DNA from: Squalus acanthias
Taxonomy: Eukaryota
Assembly: GCA_030390025.1 (NCBI GenBank)
Contig: CM059427.1
Coordinates: 134,974,001 to 135,038,000 of the forward strand
Length of the DNA stretch: 64,000 bases
Direction of reading: 5' to 3'
In this document: one piece after another, positions 12,685-24,539 of the stretch
How positions within the stretch are numbered: the first letter of the stretch is position 1
Layout of the letters: each line of letters starts with the position of its first letter
Notes under the pieces: model-generated
The model's input: only the letters and a program-made list of their open reading frames with translations
Told to the model about the DNA's origin: nothing
Database searches by the model: none
Program-made: the position numbers and the translations under genes

Positions 12685-12772
12685 GTCATCGACCTGAAAC
12701 GTTAACTCTGTTTCTCTCTTCACAGATGCTGCCTAACCTGCTGAGTATCTCCAGCATCTTCTGTTTTTATTT
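12685..12772 (+). mobile_element. Penelope-like pLTR fragment
   Basis: GACCTGAAACGTTAACTCTGTTTCTCTC...GATGCTGCC...CTGCTGAG, matching 33739-33810. Confidence 0.8.
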
Positions 12773-15700
12773 ATGTTTAAATGAATGTTATGCTACAAAC
12801 TTAAACCCAAAGTGCAAAGTTCCCTGTTGCTGCCTCAGAATATTTAAAGAGGCCAGCTTGAAGTGACAGTGTTTGAAATGTACTTTGCATAAAGTGCCCT
12901 TGATTTCCTTGTTCAGTAGTTTACAATGTCTGAACACTGAGGTCATAATGCATTTAGAACGGAAACTGATTAACATGAAATACAGCCTTAGTTTATTTAA
13001 CTTGGTGGGAGTTATTATTTCAGACGGTGTATTGTGTCCCACAGTTGTCTGGTAAGGAAATGACATCATTTTCCTGATACTAATGCAGAAACGAAATTGC
13101 ATTACAGCGCTGGTCAAACTATTTTTGCTTAAAAAGATCATTTCATTTTTTTTTTAGAGTGTATGTACCCTTTTGATTGTCTATGTAACATCAGTGACTA
13201 CTCTTCTGAAGTAATGCATTGTATATGAAGTCCTTTTCCTCTATTACTCCCTTTGTAGATACCCCTGAAAGAGCTTGAAAGTGGGTAAATGGAGACTTCT
13301 CATACTGTTAGGGATCAACAGCAAGAACTAGTAAAGGAATCCATTGTGTTGAAGAATCCATTTTATATTAAGCTTTATAGTTAAAAGCTGAAAACGAAAA
13401 GCCTGCAAATGTAGCTGACAGTGCAAAAATCAGCCTGCTTTCTAGGTCAGGGTGCATGTTTACATTTAGCTCTAACTCTTTATCATTGTTTTTGCATGCC
13501 TGAAGACTAAGTTATATTGTATAGCCCCTTTTATGCCTTGCTAGCCTTCTGAGCCAGCCTCACTAACCTTAATCCTAAATAGTAATATTTGCTGTTAACC
13601 TTGGCCAGCACAGGATGTCAGATAGACATTTAACCCTTAATAAACTAGTAAGGGTTTGATTCCTGCATCCAGAACCCTTATTTCTGGTACATAGACAAGG
13701 ACTGCAGTTCTATATTATTACAAAAACACATTCTAACAATACAATTTTCACTCTGTGGAGAGACATTCTATTCCTTTCAGCAACAGTGTAGCTCATATTG
13801 GGAGCTCATTGCAGTCACAGATTAAACCTGTGTTCATCACCGGTTAATTCTAGGCATTGGTTCTCCAAGATGCAGGTCAATAATGCAGTTCAGGCACAAA
13901 GCCACTGGGACCACTGCTCCTAAAGTGCTGCGTGCACCTGTGCTTGAGACCAAATGAACTGGCCTCGCATGATGATGTGAGCTCGGTTCATAAAACATAT
14001 TTTCGCATTCCCAGCATGTAGCACATGGCGTGCTCTGAGCAGCATGCGGCTTGAACGCTGGGATGTTGGGTGCCAGCAGCCAGAGTTGGCTGAGAGTGAT
14101 GTGCCGGCATTTTTTGAAAAATGTGGTGGGGGCACTCAGTCTCCAGGCACTGGCAGTCTGCTGAAAGGTGATCTGTAAAGTAAAGAAGGACCTATAACAA
14201 AAAGAGGATCACCCCGCACTGCTCATTTTAATTTTTGAAGTGGATTTTGCTGAACAGCTTGTTGGAAATGGATGTTCAGTTGCTGGAGAGCTGTCAGACT
14301 CTTGAGCTGCATTATGGTGAAGTCCCCTAATTTGCGGAGTATCTGGGGCCTTAATGAGATGGTGCGCAGGCTCCCGGTGCTCTAGGCATTTCCTGCCTGC
14401 ACTAGCCTGCGTTCAATACATTGAAAAAAAGAGTAAATCTCAGGCCTTTATGTCCAATAATATAGGGCCCTAGCACCTGAAGTACTACTGTGCTTGGGCA
14501 CCACAAGCCACACTTATGAGCTGTGTACTCTCACCACATTACTCCTACAGCAATTCATTTTACAGATGAATGTATGTTTTCTTAACCATACTTTGCAGCT
14601 TTAGAAATGTTTCTAGTTATAAGGTTTCAAACTGTATAAATATGAGCAATTGCAGCGTATATATTCCAGTCACTGAACTCAGGGTTTGCCAAAATCGTAC
14701 ATGGCTGACCTCACACAATTTCTCAAGGTTGGCTCAATTAAATATTCATGGTGAGCCTCCATCCCATATTGGACTGTTGGTAAGAGCTCTCCATCAGTGG
14801 GGGCTGGGAAATTGTGCACACCTATAGGTACTATTTAAAGAGGCTGTACTTTTTGTTGGCTGGTGAGGAAATTGCTAGCTGAAGCATTTTGCTAGTGAAA
14901 AGAAATAGGTTACATACACTCTAAAAGAAATACCTGGAGAATATCACACAACACCTTCCTTTTCTGTTGCAGTGTTGGAAGTGCATTTGTAGAAGGTTTG
15001 GCAAGGAGAACAAGGGAGCAGATGCAGAGAATGCCTCAGGAAATGTGGCACAGTAAGGCTAGCCAACTTTTCTCTGTTTCAATTAAATGGGTAAATCATA
15101 TTTGCCACAAAGAGCTACCTCGCAGCCTGTTATACCATGACTGAGAATTGATGCCAAGCCCTGAAAAGATTTACAACCCTGAATTTGACAGCGCAAAGCT
15201 TCTCTCAGGATGAGCTGGGTCATGAAATCAGGCACAATTCACAGCACAAGCCTCATTAAACATTCAAAAATTATTTAAATTGGTCCCATGTCAGATTCTG
15301 TGTTTTTCTCAAAGCCTTTGCTGTTTGTTCCTTTGAAACAGATGCTGATGGATGGCCTGACCTGGAGAAAGGTATCACTTGTTCATTGTTGGTTGCAATG
15401 TTAATTTTAATGCTTTATTATATTGCTTTATCTGCTAATTTTGGTTGCTGTTTAGACCTTATTTTTTGCATTATTAGACTTTTATTTCCAACTCTGTTTC
15501 TTCTAACCACTTTTCTTCCAGTTGCTTTTTGCTTACAGCAACCAAAGTGGCCAGGATAGAAATACTGATCCAGAGCATACAGAAATAGTTGTTCTTGGTC
15601 ATTGCCACAGCCTTCAAGCATAATGGTGTGTGTACCCAGTCCATTTCCAGTGCCTGTTGATTTTCTTGGAATGCTTTATATTATCTTGTGTGAAACTTTA

Positions 15701-15775
15701 TCCATAAAATACTCGCTGAGAATTTCCTTGGAGGTTCTCCCGATCAGCCGCACAACTCCAGCAGAAACCCCACTT

Positions 15776-18240
15776 ACATAGGAACCTAGGAACAGGAGTA
15801 GGCCATTCAGGCCCTTGAGCCTGTTCCGCCATTCAATGAGATCATGGCTGATCTGTATCCTAATTCTATTTACCCGCCTTGGCTCCCTATCTCTGAATAC
15901 CGTTGGCTAGTAAAGCTCTGTCGATCTCAGATTTAAAATTATTAATTGAGCAAAAAATATAAAAACAGATAGTAAGAGTTTTTATAGTTATATAAAAAGA
16001 AAAAGGGTGGCTAAAGTAAATGTTGGTCCCTTAGAGGATGAGACCGGGAAATTAATGGTGGGAAATATGGAGATGGCAAAAACACTGAATGAATATTTTG
16101 TATCAGTCTTTACAGTAGAGGACACTAAGAATATCCCAACACTGGACAAACAGGGGGCTATAGGGGGAGAGGAGCTAAACACGATCAAAATCACTAAGGA
16201 AGTGGTACTCGGTAAAATAATGGGACTCAAGGCGGATAAATCACCTGGACCTGATGGCTTACATCCTAGAGTCTTGAAGGAAGTGGCGGTAGGGATTGTA
16301 GATGCATTGGTAATCATTTTTCAAAACTCCCTGGATTCCGCTAAGGTCCCGGCAGACTGGAAAACTGCTAATGTAACACCCTTATTTAAAAAGGGCAGTA
16401 GACAGAAGGCTGGTAACTATAGACCGGTTAGCCTAACATCTGTGGTAGGTAAAATTTTGGAGTCCATTATTAAGGAAACAGTAACAGGACATTTGGATAA
16501 TCATAATTTAATAGGACAAAGTCAGCATGGTTTTACGAAGGGGAAGTCATGTTTGACAAATTTGCTGGAGTTCTTTGAGGAAGTAACATATAGAGTGGAT
16601 AAAGGGGAACCAGTGGACGTAGTGTATTTAGACTTCCAAAAGGCATTTGACAAGGTGCCACACAAAAGATTATTGCTTAAGGTAAAAAATCACGGAATTG
16701 GGGGTAATATTCTGGCATGGATAGAGGATTGGCTATCTAACAGAAAGCAAAGAGTTGGGATAAATGGTTCATTCTCAGACTGGCAATCAGTAACTAGTGG
16801 TGTTCCACAGGGGTCAGTGCTGGGTCCCCAACTCTTCACAATCTATATTAACGATTTGGAGGAATGGACCAAGTGTAACATATCAAAATTTGCAGATGAT
16901 ACAAAGATGGGAGGGAAAGTAGTGAATGAGGAGGACATAAAAAACCTGCAAGGGGACATAGACAGGCTAAGTAAGTGGGCAGAGATTTGGCAGATGGAAT
17001 ACAACACTGGAAAGTGTGAGGTGATGCACTTTGGCAGGAAAAATCCTAGAGCAATGTATTATCTTAATGGCAAGAAACTGGAGAGTACTGAAGTGCAAAG
17101 GGATCTGGGGGTCCTGGTGCACGAAACTCAAAAGGTTAGTATGCAGGTGCAGCAAGTGATTAAGAAGGCAAATGGAATGTTGGCTTTCATTGCTAGGGGG
17201 ATAGAATATAAAAATAGGGAGGTATTGCTTCAGTTGTACAAGGTATTGGTGAGACCGCACCTGGAATACTGCATACAGTTTTGGTGTCCTTACTTAAGGA
17301 AAGACATCCTTGCTCTCGAGGCAGTGCAAAAAAGGTTCATTCGGTTAATCCCGGGGATGAGGGGGTGGTCATATGAGGAGAGGTTGGGTAGATTGGGACT
17401 CTACTCATTGGAGTTCAGAAGAATGAGAGGCGATCTTATTGAAACATATAAGATTGTGAAGGGGTTGGATCGGGTGGATGCGGGGAGGATGTTCCCGATG
17501 ACGGGTGAGACGAGAACTAGGGGACATAGTCTTAGAATAAGGGGCTGCTCTTTCAAAACTGAGATGAGGAGGAACTACTTCACTCAGAGGGTGGTAGGTC
17601 CATGGAATATGCTGCCACAAAAAGCTGTAGAAGCTACAACATTAATTAAATTTAAAACAGAAATAGACAGTTTCCTAGAAGTAAAGGGCATTAAGGGTTA
17701 CGGGGAGCGGGCAGGAATTTGGACATGAGTCTAGGTTCGGATCGGTCATGGCCCTGTGGGTAGTGGAGCGGGCCCAGGGACTGTGTAGCCTGATTCTGCT
17801 CCTATTTCGTGTGTGCAATTCTGTTAGATGCAGGAGATGGTTCTGTGATAGATAGTAGATTGGCGGTTAGGATCAGATCAGCCATGATCTTATTGAATGG
17901 CGGAGCAGGCTCGAGGGGCCGATTGGCCTACTCCTGCTCCTATTTCTTATGTTCTTATGTTCTTAGCATCTACTGCTTTTTGTGGGAGTAAGTTCCACAC
18001 TTCCACCACCCTTTGTGTGAAGAAGTGTTTTCTAACTTCTCTCCTGAATGGTCAGGCTCTGAATTTAAGGTTATGTCCCCTTGTCCTAGACCTCCCCACT
18101 AACGGCAAAACTCTATCTGCCTTATCAATTCCTTTCAAAATCCTAAAAATCTCAATCAAATCACCCAGTAACGTTTTATATTTCAGGGAATACAAGCCTA
18201 GTTTATGTAATCTCTTCTCGTAATTTAACCCTTGGAGCCC
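15776..18240 (-). mobile_element. Older CR1 3' end, split in two (15776-15951 and 17964-18240) by a younger CR1
   Basis: The rejoined flanks ATTGAGC|TAGCATC match the uninterrupted paralogue near 49870 (ATTGACCTAGCATC). Confidence 0.85.
15952..17963 (+). mobile_element. Young 5'-truncated CR1 LINE with an uninterrupted 573-aa RT ORF (16007-17728)
   Basis: KSPGPDG, NYRPVSLTS, YLDFQKAFD, GVPQGSVLGP, FADDTK, LVRPHLEYC; 3' stem-loop and (TTCTTATG)n tail. Confidence 0.97.
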
Positions 18241-18319
18241 TGAAGCCAGTGACTGAAGTGGGAACCTACCTTCGCTGTTTTTGTTTACCCTCCCTGGCCC
18301 TAGTGACACTGAGGCTAAG

Positions 18320-18700
18320 AGGAGATTTGATAGAGTGTTTAAAATCATGAAGGGTTCAGATAGAGTAACTGAAGAGAAACTGTTTCCAATGGCTGAAGGG
18401 TCGATAACGAGAGGGCACAGATTTAAGATGATTGAATTAAGAATCAGAGGCGACACAAGGAAAAACCTTTTTACGCAACGAGTAGTTAGGATTTGGAATG
18501 CACTGCCTGATAGGGTGGTGAATACAGATTCAATAGTAATTTCAAAAGGGAATTGGATAAATACTTGAAGGAGTAAAAATTACAGTGATATGGGAAAGTG
18601 CGGGGGAGTGGGACTAACTGGATTGCTCTTCGAAAGAGCCGGCGCAGACTCGATGGACTGAATGGTCTCCTTCTGTGCTGTACTATTCTATGATTCTATG
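18320..18700 (+). mobile_element. CR1 3' fragment
   Basis: EKLFPMAEGSITRGHRFK, FTQRVVRIWNALP; tail ATTCTATGATTCTATG. Confidence 0.9.
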
Positions 18701-19899
18701 AAAAATTGCAGTAACTGCTCTGCACTCTGGCTAAGATCAGCTAACTTTCTTAAAGATTTTATCTGTGGTTGGTTGCCTCCCTCGAGAAATTGAGTAAAGT
18801 AGTTTGGAGTTTGATAGGGCAAATTGTGCATGGTCTCCCTCGAGGGAATGAACTCAAAATACCAAATGGCTTCTTATTGTTCCACAACTGAAATTCAGAT
18901 CACTGCAATCATCTGACATCTTGAAAAGTACACAGCTGAATGGAATGATTGGGAAATTCTCAGGATGTGTCAGAATTCTCAGGGTGTGTCCACAGTGGCC
19001 ACTTTGCCCAGTAGGCCGTAACAATGGCCTTGGGGTCCAAGGTACGTAATAGGACCTCGATTTAAATGTATCCATGAAGCTCATGCCTGAGTCAGGCGGG
19101 CTCCTCAGACCCCTATTAAACCAGCAGCAGGAAGATGGCTGCAGGGCCCAAAATGAGTGGTAAGTCTGTCGCTTTGATTTTAATTCCTGTATCATCTGCT
19201 TTCCACTAGGCGGATAGTTCAAATCCACCCTTTGAAAGACCATTGTAAACCAACACATTATTACTAGCTGGCAAAGGTTTGTGCTGTATTTGAAAGGCCC
19301 TGTAGTAGATGTCTCATGAGCTGGCATCCTATAATTAGTTGCCAACTTTTGGAATATATTGGAATAAGCTCCGCGGCAGATTGTGCACTTCATTGTCTGC
19401 CAAACCTCTGTTGTATGGTGCAGTGCAGTGCAACTGAAGGAGTAGCTGTTTTTCGATTTAAACACAATGGAGTGGAAAACAGAAGTAAAGTGAGCATAAA
19501 AAGGAAGACATTGACAAGGACAAGTCCTGAGAATGAGTAAAGAAACTTTAGAAAGTATTTTGAGATAACGGAGTTTTCAGCAAGGGAGAGAAGCAAAGAA
19601 GAAACAGTCACATCCAACAGAGGGGAAGAAAGCAGAGCGTCAATTATAATTTACTTTCCCAACAATATTATACCTATTTGGAAACTTTCTTCTGTAGTTA
19701 GATCGTGTATTCTGTTTTAGAATAGACTTAAGAAAAAAAATAATACCGTACTCTGAAAAATTTGGAACATAGAAGAGAGATTTTATTTATATGCTATTGA
19801 TAATTTTAGAAAGGGTTTCTGGAGCCGGCCTTCAACTAAAATACAAATGGTGCCAATTCATTGTGAATTTTTAGATGTAAGATTCCCACACCCTGTGAA

Positions 19900-20103
19900 T
19901 CAGAACAGAGCATTAGATAAGCAAATGGTCTATGGTGTTAATTCCCTTGTGATTTCCTGCTACTTCCTCCTATTCTTTGAAAGGAAACACCAGAAATAAT
20001 CAGCGCAGACCCATGCATTTATACACCTTTTCCACTCGCAAACCAAACCAAGGCTCAGGGAAGTACATTTCAGTCAAGCTTTCTGCATAAAAGCAACAGA
20101 AAA
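19900..20103 (+). promoter_or_regulatory. Candidate proximal promoter/5'UTR of the mucin gene with ETS and GATA motifs
   Basis: AGATAA (~19916), tandem ETS cores TTCCTG and ACTTCCT (~19953-19968), AGGAAA (~19982) and GGAAGT (~20059) within 200 bp of the ATG, in repeat-free sequence. Confidence 0.5.
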
Positions 20104-20161
20104 ATGGCAACTTTAAAAGTCACTGTCTTCCTGTTTTTCAGCTTGTTTCACGTTTTAAAAG
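20104..20161 (+). CDS. EMCN: Sialomucin (endomucin-like) first coding exon: signal peptide MATLKVTVFLFFSLFHVLK(G)
   Basis: Strong Kozak context AAAATGG, hydrophobic 19-aa leader, phase-1 donor AAAG|GTAGGA. Resembles the human endomucin leader (MELLQVTILFLL, recalled) and is followed by a very long intron. The symbol is an inference; PTPRC/CD45 and CD34-family genes are alternatives. Confidence 0.7.
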
Positions 20162-20590
20162 GTAGGAGTGTTTTATTCATAGCTTCTTGTGGTCCTGTTG
20201 TTGGTAAAAAAAAGAAAATTCTAAAAGTGTTGTAAGTTAGTTTTATGACAACCTATTTTAATTAGCTACAATACTGCTTCTGTGCCTAGCCACATGTTTC
20301 AGAAGGTCCACAGACTACAGCTCGGTAATGTACTGACTGGAAACAAAAGGAAATGTTCAGCCTTTCCCACCAGCATTTTTTTTTCTACAAACAAACCCAT
20401 GTTTATAACATTTTCTACATTTCTTACCTCTGAAACCAAGGTTAGAGAAAGGGAAAAGTATTAGTTCTAAGTTTGTTCCTTCAAAAATGTTCATTAAAAA
20501 CAAGGTTTTTCTTATGTTCCCCTCAGACAATTGTGGTTTTCTGTTTATTGATCACATATGAGCAATAGTAAGTTTTTGCAATCTGACCTA

Positions 20591-20958
20591 GGGTGACTGT
20601 CTGTGTGGAGTTTGCACATTCAACCCGTGTCTGCGTGGGTTTCCTCCGGGTGCTCCGGTTTCCTCCCACAGTCCAAAAATGTGCGGGTTAGGTTGATTTG
20701 GCTATGATAAATTGACCCTTAGTGTTAGGGGGGGATTAAATATGTGGGGTTATGGGGATAGGATGGGATATGTTAGGGGGAATTAAAATACGTGGGGTTA
20801 CGGGGGTAGGGTGGGATATGTGTACTGTGGGGATTAAAGCAGGGACAGGGTACTGGATTTGGATGATCAGCCATGATCGTATTGAATGGTGGAGCAGGCT
20901 CGACGGGCCGAATGGCCTACTCCTGCTCCTAGATTCTATGTTTCTATGTTTCTATGTT
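20591..20958 (+). mobile_element. HE1-type V-SINE, long-tail variant, 5'-truncated
   Basis: V-domain plus the same duplication and tail as 7232-7657. Confidence 0.93.
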
Positions 20959-21093
20959 ACTCAGATCCCTAAAGTAAAAACTGTTTTCTGTCACTGAAAA
21001 TAGCTATCACAGTACGCGACTGTTTATGTTTCTCAGTTCTCTGAATATTACATTTTCATATATAATTACAAATCAGTTATAGTGAATATTTAA

Positions 21094-21405
21094 GGGCAAC
21101 ACGGTGGCATAGTGGTTAGCACTGTTACCTCACAGCGCCAGGGACCCAGGTTCGAATCCAGCACGGGTGACTGTCTGTGTGGAGTTTGCACATTCTCCCC
21201 GTGTCTGCGTGGGTTTCCTCCGGGTGCTCCGGTTTCCTCCCACAGTCCAAAGATGTGTGGGTTAGGTTGATTTGGCTATGATAAATTGACCCTTAGTGTT
21301 AGGGGGATTAAATACGTGGGGTTACGGGGATAGGGTGGGATATGTGTCGGTGCAGGCTCGATGGGCCGAAATGGCCTCTATCTGCACTGTGGGGATTCTG
21401 TGATT
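21094..21405 (+). mobile_element. HE1-type V-SINE, full length, short-tail variant
   Basis: GGGCAACACGGTGGCATAGTGG A box, GGTTCGAATCC B box, V-domain, tail GGGATTCTGTGATT. Confidence 0.95.
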
Positions 21406-21634
21406 GTCCTGTGTTTGTGCTTGAACAGGCAAAATTAAGTTGTTCCTTTCAACTTAATTTTCCTTTTTCTGTTTGTGAATTTGTGGCCATTAAGGTGAGG
21501 GATGAATCAGCTGGGAAATTCATATATAACACTACGGCTTGCTAGCTGCTCAACCACTAAGCAATACCTTATTGTAGGAATTGTAAAGGGTAGGAGAACT
21601 GTTAGATAAAAGCAAATGACCTTTACAGACAAAG

Positions 21635-22098
21635 GAAAGAAGGTACATTTATATTACACATTATCATATCCTCAGGACATCCTAAAGTGCTTCACATGCA
21701 TTCAGTTACTTTTTGAAATGCAGTCACTTGTTGCGGCAGTCAATTTGCATACAACATGTTTCCATAAACAGCCAATGAGATGAATAACCAGTTACTGTGT
21801 TTTTGATCGTCTTGGTTGAGGGTGGAATGTTGGACAGAACACAGGGAGAACTCTCTGCTCTTCTTCAAATAGTACCATGAGATCTTTTACGCTCACCTGA
21901 TCAAAGAGATGGAGCCTTGGGTTACTGTCTCATCTGAACAATGTTTGAAAACCTAGGCATCAACTCTGACAATGCAACACTACCTCAATGCACTAAAGTA
22001 TCAGCGTAGCATATACCATGTGTTCAATGAATGAGACTTAAACCCACAAGTTTCTGACTCAGAGGGGAGAGTACGGCCAAGTGAATCAAGCTGGCACC
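21635..22098 (-). mobile_element. Diverged DeuSINE (SacSINE1-like)
   Basis: Deu-domain-like CTGCTCTTCTTCAAATAGTACCATGAGATCTTTTACGCTCACCTGA, tRNA-like head near 22040-22098 and L2-like tail near 21635-21690. Family recalled from memory. Confidence 0.75.
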
Positions 22099-22385
22099 TT
22101 AAGCAGTACTTGAACCCATTTCAGAGTATTCAAGAGCTGCTGCAATGATGGATTATGATTGGGTGCATTGTGAGGGTTATTAAGCAGTTGCAATTGGATC
22201 AATTGATCGTATTCATCTGCAAGAATAAAAATTACACAAAGTGATCGTAAATTGTTTTTCCATTGGCTTAAGTCTGTTATCAGCCATGTTCAAAGGGCTT
22301 CCTGTAGGCTATTGTCAATGACTGACACGTCTGGTACGCCCCAACAAAATGAAACGAGTATCTTTGTGTCTGGAGAGCTGAGATG

Positions 22386-23001
22386 AGCCCCGATTTTAAC
22401 TCAGAGTGGGAATCTGGTGGGTGGGGGCTGAGGCGAGTGAGAAACTCTCTTTGACCTCAGCAGCTTGAGGCTCGGGAGATTTTAACGCTCGGGCTTCATC
22501 TACATGCCCCCTGGTCAGTTGCCCACTTGAAACTGACAGGTAGCAGCAGCTGGCCGGCGAGTGGGAATGGAAATAACAACAGAAAGCGCTGGAAAAACTC
22601 AGCAGGCCAGGCAACATCCGTGGAGAGAGAAACAGAGTTAACGTTTCAGTGGGAATGGAATGTTGGACAACAGGAGGCCATCAGCTGGGTCCAAAGGAAC
22701 AGTCCTGGCACTCAGGCAAGTCACGGGGAGGGGATTTTGAGATGGTCTTGCGATCGAGAAGGGGGAGTGCCCAAGGCAGGGGAGGCCTAAACTTTCCTTG
22801 TGGGGCCTAGAAGAGTACTCCTGCATATTTAAAGAAAGATCTTGCCAGTTTCAGGTGGGTGTCCTTACTGCCTGTTCAGAAGAGCAGGTCAAAATGAAAA
22901 ACTGCAGGAAGAGAGCAGGATGTTGGCGATTAAGAGTCTCGGCTGATTGTAACTGCCCGACCTCCTGTTTTTGGCAGGCAGGCACAGTTAAAATCACCCC
23001 T
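22386..23001. mobile_element. Harbinger-type MITE containing a 76-bp Penelope fragment (22573-22648)
   Basis: TIRs ..GATTTTAAC / GTTAAAATC.., TSD ATG/ATG; inner Penelope piece flanked by the 12-bp TSD GTGGGAATGGAA. Confidence 0.8.
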
Positions 23002-23677
23002 ATGGTGTCTGACCTAACAAGGTATACTATTCATCAATTTGCATGGAAGCTGGAAAAACTAGTGGCATGTGCTATACCGTTGGAAGACCTTAATAAATCA
23101 ATTTAAGGGGAAAAAGTGGACTCTGCACTGCATCACATAGCTACGGATAGGGCAGTAGGTGTGGGCAATATTTATGCTGAATTCCTAAGCGCTATTCTAT
23201 ACAAAAGGTGATGGAATAGCAATGGTCTTAGGGGCAAAGCTCCAATGCCCAAATAGCATCGGAAACATGTCTGATGCCATATTGGTTCGGGCACTGAAGA
23301 GGGATTCTTGGCGGCCGCTTAAAACAGGCATTAGACCCCTTGAATATGCTAATAAGAAGCCTAACACCAGTATGAGCACTCAAACCAGAAATTGGTTTGC
23401 CTTGATTGCTGCAGGTGTGCTCCTCTCGGCGCCACATTAAAACTGCGTTCCACTGTCAGCCTGTTCCCCCCCCCTCCCCCCACCCCATTGACGAAAAGCT
23501 GCCTCTGGGGCTGCCATGGCACCCGCAGCTCCAATTCAGGATTTCTAGGCCAGTGTCTGATGCAGAAGCTGCCAGCTGTGGGAGCAAGTTGCCAAATCTT
23601 GGATTTTATCTGAGACATGTATGGGTAGGTTGGAGAATTTCTGAACCTATCTCTCTCAAAAGAGAAGATTCCACTAT

Positions 23678-24033
23678 ATAGAAGCATAGATTGGTTACAG
23701 CACAGAAGGAGGCCATTCGGCCTGTTGAGCCCGTGCCAGCTCTCTGCAAGAGCACTTCAGCTAGTCCCACTCCCCCGCCCTTTCCCCATAGCCCTGCAAA
23801 TTTATTTTGTTCAGGTAATTGTCCAATTCCATTTTGAAAGCCACGATTGAATCGGCCTCCACCACCCTTTCAGGCAGTGAATTCCAGATCCTAACCACTC
23901 GCTGTGCAAAACAGTTTTTCCTCATGTCGCCTTTGGTTCTTCTGCCAATCATCTTAAATCTGTGTCCTCTGGTTCTCGACCCTTCCGCCAATGGGAACAG
24001 TTTCTCTCTATCTACTCTGTCTAGACCCCTCAT
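23678..24033 (-). mobile_element. CR1 3' fragment
   Basis: MRGLDRVDREKLFPLAEGSRTRGHRFK...GEWD* plus 3' tail. Confidence 0.92.
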
Positions 24034-24380
24034 TTAGTTTGGCGCTGTGTATAACGGGTGGCCAATGTTTTCATCAATGATGTATTGGATAGAGTATCTT
24101 TTACAGGTATATCTGAAAATCTCCTTTTGAAGGCCACAAGTTAAACATAGATGAGGAAGACCATTCAGCCCATTTTAGGTCATCCATCCAGAAAGTCCTG
24201 ACACTCTCCCATTTCAACATCTAATTTTTCTTCAATCATTTTGGGGTATTTGCCTTTGCTACTCTACCTATTCCATACATCATGGAATATGTATGAATAT
24301 GTATATGTATTCCATATGTATGGCATATATGTCTTCACACTTTGTATGAAGAACTTACTGATGTCCATGTAAAATTTACC

Positions 24381-24539
24381 GGCCTAGAAATTCGTCTTGG
24401 GCGGTGGTGTAAAACAGGCGGTATCGGATCAGTCGCCCGTTATACGCCACGCCTGATATTCAGTTAGGCGCTGCGTATAACCGGCGGTCAATCCGATACT
24501 GCCCATTTTGCGCCACTGCCCGAGATGGATTTCTAGACC
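24381..24539. mobile_element. Palindromic 159-bp MITE inserted in an old - strand CR1
   Basis: GGCCTAGAAATTC...GATTTCTAGACC, self-complementary over most of its length, TSD ACC/ACC. Confidence 0.85.

Noticed and set aside
13024-15371. Short AG...GT-bounded + strand segments (13024-13051, ~13259-13284, 15342-15371)
   Set aside because: The splice signals are plausible but give no coherent reading frame or protein resemblance; they could be lncRNA exons or chance and are unsupported without RNA data.
18854-19617. ORFs of 203 aa and 75 aa on the - strand upstream of the mucin exon
   Set aside because: Non-ATG starts, no recognisable motif, and partly degenerate MITE-like sequence.
21094-21170. 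tRNA-like sequences with A and B boxes
   Set aside because: They are SINE heads followed by a V-domain and LINE tail, not tRNA genes.
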